Counted from the first letter of the whole stretch, positions 37,232 through 51,454 are shown. The stretch is 63,307 nt of DNA, filler included, from Octopus bimaculoides (GCF_001194135.2; 4 parts of 4 records of this genome joined end to end with filler, not necessarily neighbours in it), one strand, 5' to 3'. The notes: generated from the sequence alone by a model not told the origin. A program made the numbers and translations.

Positions 37232-37479
37232 CCTACCTACCTACCTACCTACTTATCTATCTATCTATCTGTCTATCTATTTATCTATCTATCTATCTAT
37301 CTGTCTGTCTGTCTACCTAACAATCTATATGTTTGTCTGTCTGCCCATCCATCTGTCTGTCTGCCTATCTATCTGTCTATCTGTTTACCTATCAGTCTAT
37401 CTCTGCGTGTTTGAGTGTGTGTACAATTACTAACCTCACAAACTATTCCACCAGGATGCACACTCCATCTAGGATATAA

Positions 37480-38720
37480 CAATTTAACACTCTCACAATA
37501 CCATCATTCGAGAAGGTTTGAATGCAATCAACATCTCCTGGTTCCCAAATGGTAGACTACAAAATAATAACATAACAGCATTACAACTAAACACCCTTTA
37601 CTTTCTAAACAATTCACACTGATACATACACATATACCTCATCATGCAAACTTCAACAACTCTTTCTCAGACATTGTATTCCGTTCCACTCCTAGCTTCC
37701 ACAGCCACGTAGCAAACAATTCCTCAACTTTTCCTTGATGAATTATTATCACAATACGCTCACATATCAATGAAGAAAATCAATGAAGAAAGCAAAAGCA
37801 CTTTGCAAACTTCAAAAAAGCACAATGGAGTGAGTTTCATGAAGAAACAGAATCAAGGTTTCAGAGTTCAACAATACTTGAATCACTAATATAGATACTC
37901 CAGTACATACATTCAACAAAATAATTATAAACACTTCTAAAAGAGATATCCCATAAGGCAACATGAAAAAAAAAAATATATATATATAGCTGCAATTACA
38001 AACCAGAAATAGCCAATCTCATAAAAACCAGGAATGACATCAAACACAATACACCAAAATCATATAGAACTGAAATAAAATTCAGCATCAAACACTCAAG
38101 AAAGAAATAACAATAAAAACATAAATAAGCCATAAAAAGAAACAGAAAACTGGAAAACATATGTATTCTATAGAAACCACAAATCTAACAGTAAAACACT
38201 ATTTAGAGTAATTAGCACCATCAATGATTAACAAAGGTTACACCATACCCTGTGTCCACTATAACAACCTCAAATATCACACCCAGACAACGAAATCAGG
38301 CAAATGTCTATATCAGGTATTCTACAAAAATCAGCCACTGAAATCAACTCAAAGGAGACAGGAATATGAAATGCAAAATGTACATTCCCCCACCTTGACC
38401 ACAATTGCGACCCTTTTCTGCCACCTGCCACCAGACACTCCAAAAGCAAAAAGGAAAGCAAAAAGCTTCAAGGCTAAACAAAATCAGTTGAACATTTAAA
38501 ACATATATTTGGTCCTGAAGTAATCATGGCAATCACAAACATTTGCAAATATTCATGTCAATGCTAGTTAGATTCTTAGAATCTGGAAGCTGGGAAAATT
38601 TATTGAAATTAGAATTTTTAGGAATCCCAATCAAAACCCAAATACACAAATATCACAGAGAATTATCACTCTCATATGCACAGCTTGAAAATTCTTGAAA
38701 GACTAAGTTAAAATTTTCAA
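37480..38720 (+). mobile_element. Decayed LINE ORF2 (I/Nimb/Jockey-like), endonuclease end to start of RT
   Basis: FANFKKAQWSEFHEETE, PEIANLIKTRN, NWKTYV..SNSKTLFRVI, QANVYIRYS, EHLKHIFGPEV...IWKLGK...KILERL in the expected order. Confidence 0.75.
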
Positions 38721-39065
38721 AAAGCCTCATGGCTAAGCAAAATCACAGTCCAACATCTAAAACATATCTGGGCCTGAAGCACTCACCAACTTCTGCAAAT
38801 ATTCATGCCAGTGCCTATCAAGATCTTAGAATCTAAAAGGTGGGAAAATTTATTGAAATTAGAACTTTTAAGATATCCAACCAAAACTCAAATAAACTAA
38901 TATTAGAGAAATTTATCACTCATATGCAGTTTGAAAATTCTTGAAAGGCTAATCCAAAATTCTCAAAAAGCTTCATGGCCACACAAAATCACTGAATAAC
39001 ATCTAAAACATAAATCTGAAGTAATCATGAGACTCATCAACATCTACAAATATTCATGCCAATGT
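38460..39065 (+). repeat. Tandem array of a ~250-bp unit derived from the LINE RT N-terminus (2 full + 1 partial)
   Basis: Units start at 38460, 38719 and 38965 (aaaaagc.tca.ggc...aaaatca...aacat.taaaacata). Confidence 0.85.
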
Positions 39066-39239
39066 TGGAGTCAGTAGTATTGATCAACCCCCCTCCCCTC
39101 AAAAGTCCTGGCCTTGATTTAAATCAGAAATGTTTATTTCAAATGGAAACAGAAAAATATTTATTGTAAATAATAAAATAGTTTATAAATGATGCTACTT
39201 CATAAGTTTTTTGATAATACAATCTAAGACACAGCCTCT

Positions 39240-39900
39240 GATTTACTGTTTCAGCTACTTGAAGAGGTGATAGAAGTTATGTTGTCACTATGCTGGCTTC
39301 ACTTACATCCTCACTGAAATATTCAATGGCCAAAGGCTTGGAATGTATGAAGAAAACAGTTGTTAAGGACCAAAGAATGTACTTGGATTTCAAGCAGGCT
39401 GGAAGAGAATCAGCACTTCCCATATACTGATTGCATTAAAACAATTAATAATAGGAGAAAACATAGCTTAAAGACAGTGATTTGCTTATTATGTTTCTAT
39501 TTTCTATATATTTGCAACTTAATCAGTGCTAAGTGGTACTGGCCTTAGCATTATGACAAGAATTCTTTATGGTGGGAAGACAATTTTGAAATTTCTTCAG
39601 CTACTTGCAATAAAGTGTTTCTTCATCCACAGTTAAAGGATAGATGACATTTAAGAAGACTGGTTGTGAGCAGCAGTAAAATATAAATGGAGACATTCCA
39701 ATAAATGAAGAAGAAATTGAACAAGATTTGTTGGACAGATGACGATGACATAAAACACAAGCTGAAAACAATTTTGTATTAAGTAATGACTGTTAGCTAG
39801 GAATATGGTGAGAATTATTGATATATGGGGAGCAAAGATGAGTATGAATTTAGCGGCTGATGACAGTTGATGTAGATATGTACAGAAGGAGTAAGATAAA
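39240..39900 (+). mobile_element. Old RTE RT/thumb relic
   Basis: IFNGQRL, DQRMYL, SLKTVICLL, ILYGGKT, HLRRL, TRFVGQM at spacing similar to the RTE motifs YLGS, LLYG and RWxGH. Confidence 0.4.
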
Positions 39901-41254
39901 CACAAGAGAACAAGTAATTTCAGTTAAGATAATATTAAGATCACATGAAACCTAAGTGGAAGGAAATCATAAAGGGAAGCCTAGTTGCTGTTTATGGCTG
40001 CAGAGGCTTTGGGCTATAAAACACCTGCAACATGTCCCTTCTCTTAATACCTATGACACTCAAGAGTAACATATTGTTTTAAAATATTTATCTCTTTCAT
40101 TTGATATGAACAATAACATATATAAGAAAATGGCATCAACTTATATTATCACAGATTTGAATTTGACATTCTATTGCCAGGATCATTTAGGGAGTCAAAA
40201 GTAGCATAAACTTAACGAATTCTAGGGTTCATTTTGCTGTGAACATTACTTCAGTCTTAAAATATCTAGGAACAGAGAGGGTCCTAAATAGATGTGGCAG
40301 AATGTTATTGCCATGGTTCCTTTCTTACAAGCAACCACTTTATAGCATCATTCATACAAAACACGCAAATAACAGCACAACACATGCATGCAGTAATATG
40401 GCTGGCATTTGGAAGGGCATCCAACTGTAAGAATATTACCAAAGCTGATATTAGAGCCTAACACTGTCCTGCATTTCACCAGTTCCTGTTAAACCATCCA
40501 ACCCATGCTAGCATAGAAAACTGATGTTAAACAATGATGATGATGATGATGATGAACATTGTCTGAAGACCAGATTGCTGATAACATTTGCGAATGATTA
40601 AGAAAGATCCTCTACGTGGTTGCTTGTTAAGTTAGAAATAGCAGTTAAATCTTCAAATAAAATCCTAGGTAAAATAAATACATTGGTCGTATAGCCTAAG
40701 TACACTATGCCTGAATAAAAATGGGAGGGTTGTAATTAACTGGCTTTGGATTTGAATGAGATGTACTCCGTCAAGTTTTACTTGAGCAACAACAACAACT
40801 AACATACAGCAATGACACAATAAATAAAAAAAATAATGTAACAACAACAATAACGACAACAGCAACAACAACAAAACAACAGCTGAAGTAATGACAATAA
40901 CAATAGCAATAACAAAATCTAAAGGTTTGGTAGCTACCATACTTTCAGAGCTAATTGTTATAACTCAAACATTCAAATTAGTAATACTAACATTGGGAAA
41001 CACTCACAAATGAAACACTCATATACACTTGCACAACACCTAACTAATTATGAAGAAAACCATAACCTACTAGAAATAACAGTCATATCTCCTTCAAAAT
41101 CACACTCTACAATGATAAGGGAAAATTTGGACATGTTGGGCCATATAGTCTTAGACCTACAAAAAGATAATGGAGGTACAGCTGGAATACCTTTGTGCAT
41201 AGATCTGTTTGGTGGCAGCTGAACTGGAGCTAAATAACTAAAAAACACTACTAC

Positions 41255-41630
41255 AGGCATGGCTGTGTGATAAAAAGCTTGCTTCCCAATTACAGGACTC
41301 TAGGTTCAGTCCCACTGAGTAGTAAGTATCTGCTACTATAACCTCAGGCCAACCAAAGTCTTGTGAATGGATTTGGTAGATAGGAACTGAAAGAAACCTG
41401 TTGTATATCTACATAAATATGTGTGTCTGTGTTTATCCCCATCACCACTTGACAACCGGTGTTGGTGTGGTTACATCCCCATAACATAGAGGTTCAGCAG
41501 AAGAAACCAATAGAATAAGTAAGAGGCTTAAATAAAAGTTTTGGGGTTGACTAAACATTCTTCAGGGTGGTGCCCCAGCATAGCCACAGTCAAATGACTG
41601 AAACAAGTAAAAGATTAAAGATAAAAGATT
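41255..41630 (+). mobile_element. Full-length SINE family A, CpG-decayed
   Basis: ggcatggctgtgtgataaaaagcttgcttccc...aaatgactgaaacaagtaaaagat. Confidence 0.85.
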
Positions 41631-41679
41631 AACAACTATAAAATAAAATACTATGAACAAAATTACCAAACATTTATCT

Positions 41680-42105
41680 TTTTTATTTTACTTGTTTCAG
41701 TCATTGGACTGCGGTCATGTTGGGGCATTGCTTTGAAGGGTTTTAGTCAAGCAAATCAACCTTAGGACTTATTTTTAAGCCTAGTACTTATTCTATCAGT
41801 CTCTTTTGCTGAACTGCTAAGTTACTGGGACATACACATATCAATACTTGTTGTAAGTGGTGGTGGGGGACAAACAAAGACACAAAGACATGCACACATA
41901 GACACACACACACATGCACACACACACACACGCGCGTTTGTATATGATAGGCTTCTTTCAATTTCCATCTACCAAATCCACTCACAATGCTTTGGTTGGC
42001 CCAAGGCTATAGTAGAAAATACTTGACTAAGGTGCCATGCTGTAGGACTGAACTGGAACCATGTGGTTAGGAAGTAATCTTCTTGCCACACAGTCACACT
42101 TGTGG
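41680..42105 (-). mobile_element. Full-length SINE family A, CpG-decayed, tail-to-tail with the previous copy
   Basis: tttacttgtttcagtcattgg...ttcttgccacacagtcacac. Confidence 0.85.
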
Positions 42106-43355
42106 CTCCATTACTGAGCTATGCATGCCACATTAAGTTGTCTATGCAACATCAGGTCATATTTACCCCATTTCCATTGTATACACAACGTAAGGATAAC
42201 TGATTGGATATGCTTTTTCAATTCTGTGCACACATTAGCATAAAGATACACATGAAGACACTCAAATGCAATCACACATAGAAATGCACAAACACTAATA
42301 CTTATACAAAGATAGTGGCATTGGTAATAGGATTAGAACTGTGGCAGTCAGGTAGAACTTGAAGAAGTATATATATATTAATGGCATGAAAATGGAGGGA
42401 AGTCAATGAGTAAAAAAAAAAAAGGAAAGACAATTTCTTGAAAAATCAATGAAATGAGTGAATATAAATCTGATGAGTTAAAGAGACAATGAATTGAATT
42501 TTATTATTCTGTGAATTTATGGAATGAAATTCAAAATGATGTTTAGAAATCAGAATGATTTTAAGATTAGAATAATTTACATATAGGCAGAGGCTTCATC
42601 ATAAAAGCACTCATTGCATTCTTGGAGTGGTTGGTGTTAGAAAGGATGTCCAGCTGTAGAAACCATGCCAGATCAGACTGGAGTCTGGTGCAGCCTTCCA
42701 GTTTGCTAGCTCCAGTCAAACCAAACCATCCACCCATACCAGCATGGACAACAGACATTAAATGATGATGATGATAATATATTTGTATATATATATATAT
42801 ATATATATAAAACCACAAAATTATTCAAAATTTATCTTTTTGGTTATAATATTTTTTTATAACCCTAAATTTTATCTTTATACAATATAACAATATTGTT
42901 TAAATCAATCACCTATAGTACCCCATGATAACATTTCTTCTGTATTATCATCTTTGGTTTTATTAGTATCTTGCCCCTTTAACTGGAAAGTAACATCTTG
43001 ATTTGAGGTCTTCCATTACCCAACCTCGTTATACCCAGTTACTTTATATTACTTCAAAATAATCTTGACAAGTTTTATGACTATACCCACTATGAATCTA
43101 TCAACTCCCTCATGCCCTTTCCTAACAGACACTATTCTCTAGTCTTAGATTTGATAAACAAGACTAATACATAAAAAAAAGAACCAAAATCAGTGACAAG
43201 CTATGACCCAAACAAATTTTTTTCCTGATGTCTTAGAAATTTCTAAGCTGAAGTAACAACAGCGTGGACTTTGTCTATCTTCTTACTCTATTAGAAGATC
43301 TAAGTAAAATTATAGAAATGTGTCCGACTGATTAAAAAATTCTATTTATTTATTT

Positions 43356-43480
43356 ATGCAACTGAAGATAGCCCTGCATTTAAATTGATGTTATGAGTGC
43401 ATTGTTCAATTAAATGGAGCTGCTTGAAACAGTCATACTGCATCACCTCTGGATATCCTGTTGCTGATTTTGATTTTATA
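43356..43480 (+). ncRNA. Degenerate hammerhead-like motif with long stem II
   Basis: CTGAAGA (43362-43368), hairpin catttaaattga/tcaattaaatg, GAAAC-A-GTC (43426-43434); stem I and the stem II base are imperfect. Confidence 0.35.
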
Positions 43481-44514
43481 TATATATATGTATATATATA
43501 NNNNNNNNNNNNNNNNNNNNNNNNNNNNNNNNNNNNNNNNNNNNNNNNNNNNNNNNNNNNNNNNNNNNNNNNNNNNNNNNNNNNNNNNNNNNNNNNNNNN
43601 NNNNNNNNNNNNNNNNNNNNNNNNNNNNNNNNNNNNNNNNNNNNNNNNNNNNNNNNNNNNNNNNNNNNNNNNNNNNNNNNNNNNNNNNNNNNNNNNNNNN
43701 NNNNNNNNNNNNNNNNNNNNNNNNNNNNNNNNNNNNNNNNNNNNNNNNNNNNNNNNNNNNNNNNNNNNNNNNNNNNNNNNNNNNNNNNNNNNNNNNNNNN
43801 NNNNNNNNNNNNNNNNNNNNNNNNNNNNNNNNNNNNNNNNNNNNNNNNNNNNNNNNNNNNNNNNNNNNNNNNNNNNNNNNNNNNNNNNNNNNNNNNNNNN
43901 NNNNNNNNNNNNNNNNNNNNNNNNNNNNNNNNNNNNNNNNNNNNNNNNNNNNNNNNNNNNNNNNNNNNNNNNNNNNNNNNNNNNNNNNNNNNNNNNNNNN
44001 NNNNNNNNNNNNNNNNNNNNNNNNNNNNNNNNNNNNNNNNNATATATATATATATATATATATATAAATATATATATAGGTAGACAGATAGATATACACA
44101 TACTTTACACACATGTATATATATCTGTGTTTATGCAGGTATGTGTGTGTATGTATATGTGTATGTGCTTAAGAAAAAGAAGAAACTGCACTATTCCTTT
44201 TATATAGCAGTTGACAATTCCAACAACATTTACAAAAATACATAATTAGATGTTCTAAAATCCATAAGTACATACTGGTTTCACATCTTGTAGAAGATAT
44301 TCATTGCATTGTACATGTGTAATGGCTTATTAGCCTTCATTTAGTATATAGTTTGTCTGCTGAAAGTAACATCAGTATAGACAAGCAAATGCCAAAGGAA
44401 GTAGTAGTATATAGGCTAGTAAACCCCAAAATATGTATGAATATAAATTTCTGTATTTTAACTATTCAAAAAATTTAAGGGAAAATATATGTTATAAATA
44501 TTTGTTCCAAATTT

Positions 44515-44712
44515 TGGAACAAGACTAACAATTTGTGGGGAGATTATAAGTTGCTTGCATCAACCCCAGTGCTCAGCTGGTACTTATGTTATCGACCCTG
44601 AATGAAGAAAGGCAAAGTTGACTTAGGCAGAATTTTGAACTCAGAATGTAAAGACAGACAAAATTCCACTAACCATTTTGCCCAGCATGCTAATATTTCT
44701 GCCAGCTTATTG
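44515..44712 (-). mobile_element. SINE family B, CpG-decayed
   Basis: caaagttgacttaggcagaattttgaactcagaatgtaaag...cagcatgctaatatttctgccagctt. Confidence 0.8.
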
Positions 44713-45752
44713 CGCTATGTTTTATAAATATTCATAAACAATATAAAATTAAGTATTAGTAACTGGTTAATGATTCAAATTTGGTTTAGGTCTTACAATA
44801 AAAAAAGAATCAATAAAAAGATTTAAGAAGTGAAAGTAGTTTGTAATGATGTATTTGGGAATGAATTGTGTAATTTTGCATTTATATGCTTTGAATTGTT
44901 TAATAATGTATTTTGAAAAGCTTTGAATGTAAAAATGAACTTTAAAATACAAAATCTTGAAATGATTTTATTTTAGTATTATATTTTCGATTTGATATAT
45001 TTTAAAATATGTAATAATGTATTTTGAAATAGTTTGTTTGAGATAATCTGTTTTAAAATACTTATTGTATTTTGAAATTATTTGAGTCTAATAATGTACT
45101 TTGGAATTAATTAACTGCAATGTAAAAGGAATGGTATAAGTTCTTTTATATCGTTATTATTATTATTATTACTCACTATATGTTCCACTTTGTATGATAT
45201 ATTTTTAAAATTATATACCTACCTATATATGTACATACATACATACATACATATGTATGTATGTGTATAAATAAATAAATATATATNNNNNNNNNNNNNN
45301 NNNNNNNNNNNNNNNNNNNNNNNNNNNNNNNNNNNNNNNNNNNNNNNNNNNNNNNNNNNNNNNNNNNNNNNNNNNNNNNNNNNNNNNNNNNNNNNNNNNN
45401 NNNNNNNNNNNNNNNNNNNNNNNNNNNNNNNNNNNNNNNNNNNNNNNNNNNNNNNNNNNNNNNNNNNNNNNNNNNNNNNNNNNNNNNNNNNNNNNNNNNN
45501 NNNNNNNNNNNNNNNNNNNNNNNNNNNNNNNNNNNNNNNNNNNNNNNNNNNNNNNNNNNNNNNNNNNNNNNNNNNNNNNNNNNNNNNNNNNNNNNNNNNN
45601 NNNNNNNNNNNNNNNNNNNNNNNNNNNNNNNNNNNNNNNNNNNNNNNNNNNNNNNNNNNNNNNNNNNNNNNNNNNNNNNNNNNNNNNNNNNNNNNNNNNN
45701 NNNNNNNNNNNNNNNNNNNNNNNNNNNNNNNNNNNNNNNNNNNNNNNNNNNN

Positions 45753-45798
<46 letters not shown>

Positions 45799-46775
45799 AG
45801 TGGTTGCATTTTATTTCAGTTTTATTATCAATTAATTAGATAATTAGTTAATGAACAAGTGAATCAAATTAATCAATTGTTAAAGTTCATTCAACATAGC
45901 CTCTGGCATTACCAACAATCATATGCTCTTTTCATTTTTCTCTGTGATCACACTCATTCTTTGCTCTTTTACAGTATTTCTTTTGGTCAGTTATGTGTTG
46001 CTATATAGTTACATTCAGTGCATATCTGTTGAAATGTGTGTGTGTGTGTTGTATGATTTTTTTAATTGGAGTGACTATGCTGCATGTGTTTTTTATTTGA
46101 TGGTGAATGTTAATGTGTTTGTGGGAGGGGTGTGTCTAGGTTGAAATTGTGTTTTTGATATTGCATTTTTTTTGGACTTCATTATGCATACATACACTTG
46201 TACGTGTACATGTGTGAGTGTATATGTTTCTGAGTGTGTGTATTTGCTGTTGTTCTTGTTATTGTGGTTGTTGTGACTTCATTTTGTTTATGGTTTGCCA
46301 TCCATTTCAATTGGTAATCAAACTCACTGTTTTATCACAAATATTGAAGTATATCACTGAAATTCATACATACAGGCACATAGTATCGATGCATTTACAT
46401 GCATATGGCCCACGTATACATATATATAAGTATGAATGCATGTGAAATTTGTGTTGACTGGAACTCTAAGTTCTGCCTGATGGTTAATTCAACCAGGCTG
46501 TATGTGTGTGTGTGTGTTTGTGTGTAAAAATGTTTTCAAGTCAATTTGATGTCTGAAATGATCTATAGCAGTACAGGAAAACTATATCCCACAAAGTGAT
46601 CCAATCAATCCAGAGTAAGTTACAACTTTTATTTGTTATCTATGCTTCAAAACCATGCATATCTGTAGCAAGATTGAATAGTCATCTGAAATGTCATGGA
46701 CGGAAAGTCAGAAATGCCATTGATAATCAAGAAGCACAAAGAGTTGGCTATCATTTATGAAGACTGAGAAATCAC

Positions 46776-46809
<34 letters not shown>

Positions 46810-47466
46810 TGTATGAATGCATGTATGTATGCATGTATGTATGCATGTATGTATGTATGTATGTATAATAGGTTAGTTCCTTATTTTGTATTTTGATATT
46901 GTATTGTTGTACTTATCTTGTCAATGTTTGTTCTCTGGTGATGGTAGATTACTTACATCCGTATGCATGTTGGTTGTAGGTGTGCAGTTGTTATTCCATT
47001 CATAATTATGTTGTGAGAGTGTAAGTGTTCAGATTCTGCTACTAAGTACTTGCATTGCTTCTGTAACTTGTCTTAGTCTTGTGAATGTGTAGAAAAGAAT
47101 TTTGTCTTGCTTTTGTATATCAAACAAACCAAGTTGTTCATTGGAATGAGGGTAGATTACAGATACTGGTTGTACCCATGCCAGTGTGCCTCTAATCATT
47201 CACCTGTGGTATGAGCTGCGTCTCCTGTTTAAGCTATGGAAGTGTTCATAAATTGTTCTTCTAAGGACTCATATGTTGTAAGGAATAAATAACATAAGAA
47301 ACACTACATCTTTGATTTTATAGATGTTTTCTGGGTTGCTTTTATAATGTTTCAGATATTATTTGCATAAGGGTATTTCATGAATGGGTAACCAATGGGT
47401 CTACCCAGTATCTCTGCTACTTTAATTATAAATTTGTATCATTTCAAGCCTTCTCAATAAAATATT

Positions 47467-47684
47467 CTTTTCTACTCTAGGTACAAGGCCCAAAATTTTG
47501 GGGAAGGGGGCCAATCAATCAGATCGACCCCAGTATGCAACTGGCACTTAATTTATCAACCCTGAAAGGATAAAAGGCAATGTCAACCTCGGCGGAATTT
47601 GAACTCAGAACGTAAAGACAGACGAAATACCACTAAGCATTTCGCCCAGCATGCTAACGTTTCTGCTAGCTTGCTGCCCTTTCC
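47467..47684 (-). mobile_element. Full-length SINE family B with 12-bp TSD
   Basis: CAATAAAATATT at 47455-47466 and 47685-47696. Confidence 0.9.
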
Positions 47685-47811
47685 CAATAAAATATTATCT
47701 TGTTCATAACTTGGGGCAGCATGAAAGAAAGACAATAACTTCTTAATGATAAAGCTACAGTGAAATACAAAATATGGTTATGGCAGCCTGCCACTTCCAA
47801 TATATATATAG

Positions 47812-47848
<37 letters not shown>

Positions 47849-47899
47849 GAGATATATATATATGATATTTGTAAGTATATATGAGATGTTTTCAAATAT

Positions 47900-48200
47900 A
47901 AATCTCAGGTCGAGATAACCCTTTTTTGTCTATTACCTATGTGTTCTTCAAAAAAATCTCTTTACACATGAACTCTTTCTTATTATGTGAGATATTGTCC
48001 CAGCATAAACATATCATACCCATTCCTTAAAATGATTTTTAAAAAATGCACTTATAAAGCCCAATTTTGAAATTTGAGTACTTTTTGTTGAGATATTTGT
48101 CTTTATTTATCCCTACCTGGTTGCTACTAATCCATTTGCATATGACAATATTTTCAAATATCAATACTGGAGTCTTGGTAATATCTTTTCCTCTATTTTG
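47900..48200 (-). mobile_element. Possible old LINE RT relic
   Basis: ILSYANGLVA (YADD-like), then KIGL and FMLGQ across frameshifts. Confidence 0.3.
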
Positions 48201-48345
48201 TTTGAGTTCTTTAAAAATCCTTTCGTACATGAAGTATTTTCTACTTATCATGAGAGTTATTTTCGCAGCATCCATCTATTTATCTATCCATCCTCACATA
48301 CATATACATACACACACATACACGTTCATGCACACAAATACACGT

Positions 48346-48384
<39 letters not shown>

Positions 48385-48851
48385 TATGTAGACATTTGTA
48401 GATACATACATCTATAGATGTATGCACACATATATAGGCAGCCATTCATCTGAGTACTCTTTATGTATTTCTCTTCCATGCTACTCATGAGTTAAGACAA
48501 GTATATTACTAAAGTATTGTTTAACAGCTGGATGCCCTTCCTGTTGCTAATCCTCAACTGTTTTTCAAGTGAAGGATATTTTAATTCACACATCATTAAA
48601 TCCATGAAGCCAGTAGGTGATTTGTTGAAGGGTAAAACTAAAGCATTACTGTATGTAGCTTGCAAATATTCAGAAGTGCAAATGTAAACAAGCAAACAAA
48701 TAGCATGGAAAAATGGACATTAAATGATGATGAGGATGATGATGTGTGTGTGTGCACATATGTATGTTTGGGTGCAATGGTATCAAACAGTGAGATTGGT
48801 AGCTTTGTTAATCCACAAAGAAAAGTATATGACTGTATGTGTATGTGTGCA

Positions 48852-48965
<114 letters not shown>

Positions 48966-49172
48966 AGTTTGTATGGTTGTGTATAGAAGAATATATTAAT
49001 CCATGAAATTCCAACCTAGTCTGATTTTCACATTTTATTGTTTACAACTTTTACAATTTTACAATATTTATAATAATAGAATATTATATATTTATTGTGA
49101 TAAAATTAGTACTTTCATGCATTACACAATCATCAGGTTTCTGTTGTTGCAGTGACAGTTGTGTTCCACAAT

Positions 49173-49206
<34 letters not shown>

Positions 49207-49332
49207 CACACACATATATGACAGTCTTCTCTCAGTTCTCTCTTTACCAAATCCTTTCACAATGCATTGATCAGTTGAGATTGAACACAAAAGTATATGG
49301 TTGGGAACTTCTCAACCACACACACACACTCA

Positions 49333-49375
<43 letters not shown>

Positions 49376-49906
49376 CATGTATCTGTATGTAAGTATATTT
49401 AATTATTTAAAGTTCTTGAAATCATAGCAGTGAGAAAAATATAAGAATGCAGAAGAAGAGGTTGGGGTGCGGCTTCTGAAGAACTCTTTCATCGTTAGTT
49501 GACCACTCCTCAAAGAAAATGTAACTGGTTTCCATACGTAATCAATAGCAAAGAATATGAGACAATTACATCAAGTAGTCATAAATTATGTCATCGCCGT
49601 AGAGGGTATCCTAACTTGCATATTTATGATTTTGATGACTCCTTATTTAGCTATATATTCTTTATGCACATCATAGCTTAAATTAGAAGGACTAATATGA
49701 AAATAAATCATAGGTGTACGTGTAAGGTAATAATGAGAGAGAGAGAGAGGTGGGGGAGAGAATAGAACCATGGAAATTGAATAATACAATTTAGCTCACT
49801 TTGCAACTAAATGATTTTGGGTTCAGTCCAATTGCACAACTTGGACAATACATCAATGCCTTGTGAGTGAATTTGGTAGGAAGATGGAAACTGTGTGGAA
49901 GGCAGG

Positions 49907-49967
<61 letters not shown>

Positions 49968-50483
49968 CAATGTGTGTATGTGTCTTGGCATTTATGTTCA
50001 CCTTCTCTGCCACTAGACAACAGGTGTTAGTACGTTCACATCCCTGTAATTTTTGTGTCAGCAAAAATGATTTAGAATGAGTAAAAAAGGGTAAAGAACC
50101 CCTTCAGTCATTTATATAAAAGATATATAATATTATTATATGTGTGTATGTCAGAGTTCTGAGCAGTTTCTATCTATTAGTTTCACTCACAAGACATTGT
50201 TCAGCCTGAGACTATAGTGGAAGACAATTGAGCAGGGTTACACACAGTGGACTGGAACCAAAAACCATGCAGTTACAAAAGAAATTTCATTACTACATAG
50301 CCATTTTGCATGTATAATTGTGTGCATGTGCGTGTGTGTGAGTGTGTGCATGTGTATACACACGATTCAGTATTCAAGGAACAAAATCTAAATAGGAGCC
50401 AACTATAGGGCAAATAACAGTAAGTAAAGTTTTATTAGTTTTAGTTTTAAAAAAACACAAACTATGCTTTCACATTGTTACAG

Positions 50484-50583
50484 GGTTTGCCAGAAACTGA
50501 TAATACTTTAAATCATAGCATAAATTATGTCAGACATTTTCCGGGCAATTCGAAGCATACAAAGCAAATTTCAATACAATACA
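50484..50583 (+). CDS. Candidate 100-nt exon, GLPETDNTLNHSINYVRHFPGNSKHTKQISIQY, product unknown
   Basis: Acceptor tttcacattgttacAG, donor GTTAGT, only one frame open, retains CpGs in a CpG-depleted domain. Confidence 0.45.
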
Positions 50584-51084
50584 GTTAGTTAAGAAGGATG
50601 GAGTGACCACATGAACTTCCATGGAAAATTACATCCATTGGAAATAAAGAGCGAAGAAAATATCAATTGATAAAGAAAAGAAGAATCACAGAGTGAAACA
50701 TGTTACATCATTGCCATCATCTACAGATAATTGTATATACAAAACCACTCAGAGAGATAATAATTACAAGTAAATAAGATAAGTGGAAAATAAATATCCA
50801 GATAAATTAATTACATAATGATTATTGTTTTTACATAGGCATGAGGCCACTTAGTTACAAATCCTTTGATGAAATGAAGCAAATATACACCTGTTGGAGT
50901 TGGCATTTTGCTAAAATATATTAATTACTCTGCTGATTTGTATTGAGTTGTTTATGTAGTTTCACAGGCAGTCCATTTTCTTATCAAACAAAGAGGAATT
51001 AATAAGGGATTAGTAATCCAGGTGAAATAACCCATTTTTCTGCGTATCATATACCTGTATATGTATAGACATATGTGTGTGTGT

Positions 51085-51134
<50 letters not shown>

Positions 51135-51414
51135 GCACACACACAAACACACACACACATGCATATTCAGCCATGAACAGCTGGTAATGACATATTGAAG
51201 CAATTGTTCTGTTATGCTACAAAACATGTTCAATCCATCTGTTCTTATTAATATTTTGGATATTTACAGATTTCCTCATGCATATCCAGTGACAGAAAAC
51301 ATCCGACTGTAACATAGCAATAGCATTTGGTAGCTGATACTCACAGTAATTTTTCTTCTTACTCAGATTTTATATATATATATATATATCTTTATATATG
51401 TATATATATATGTG

Positions 51415-51454
<40 letters not shown>

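Noticed and set aside
39651-39905. 84-aa hydrophobic, membrane-like ORF
   Set aside because: Antisense of the purine-rich RTE relic.
41010-41222. 70-aa ORF with faint GIY-YIG C-terminal resemblance
   Set aside because: Motifs too weak to call.
48039-48275. 78-aa ORF as a host exon
   Set aside because: Overlaps YADD-like and IGL motifs in shifted frames, so more likely an RT relic.
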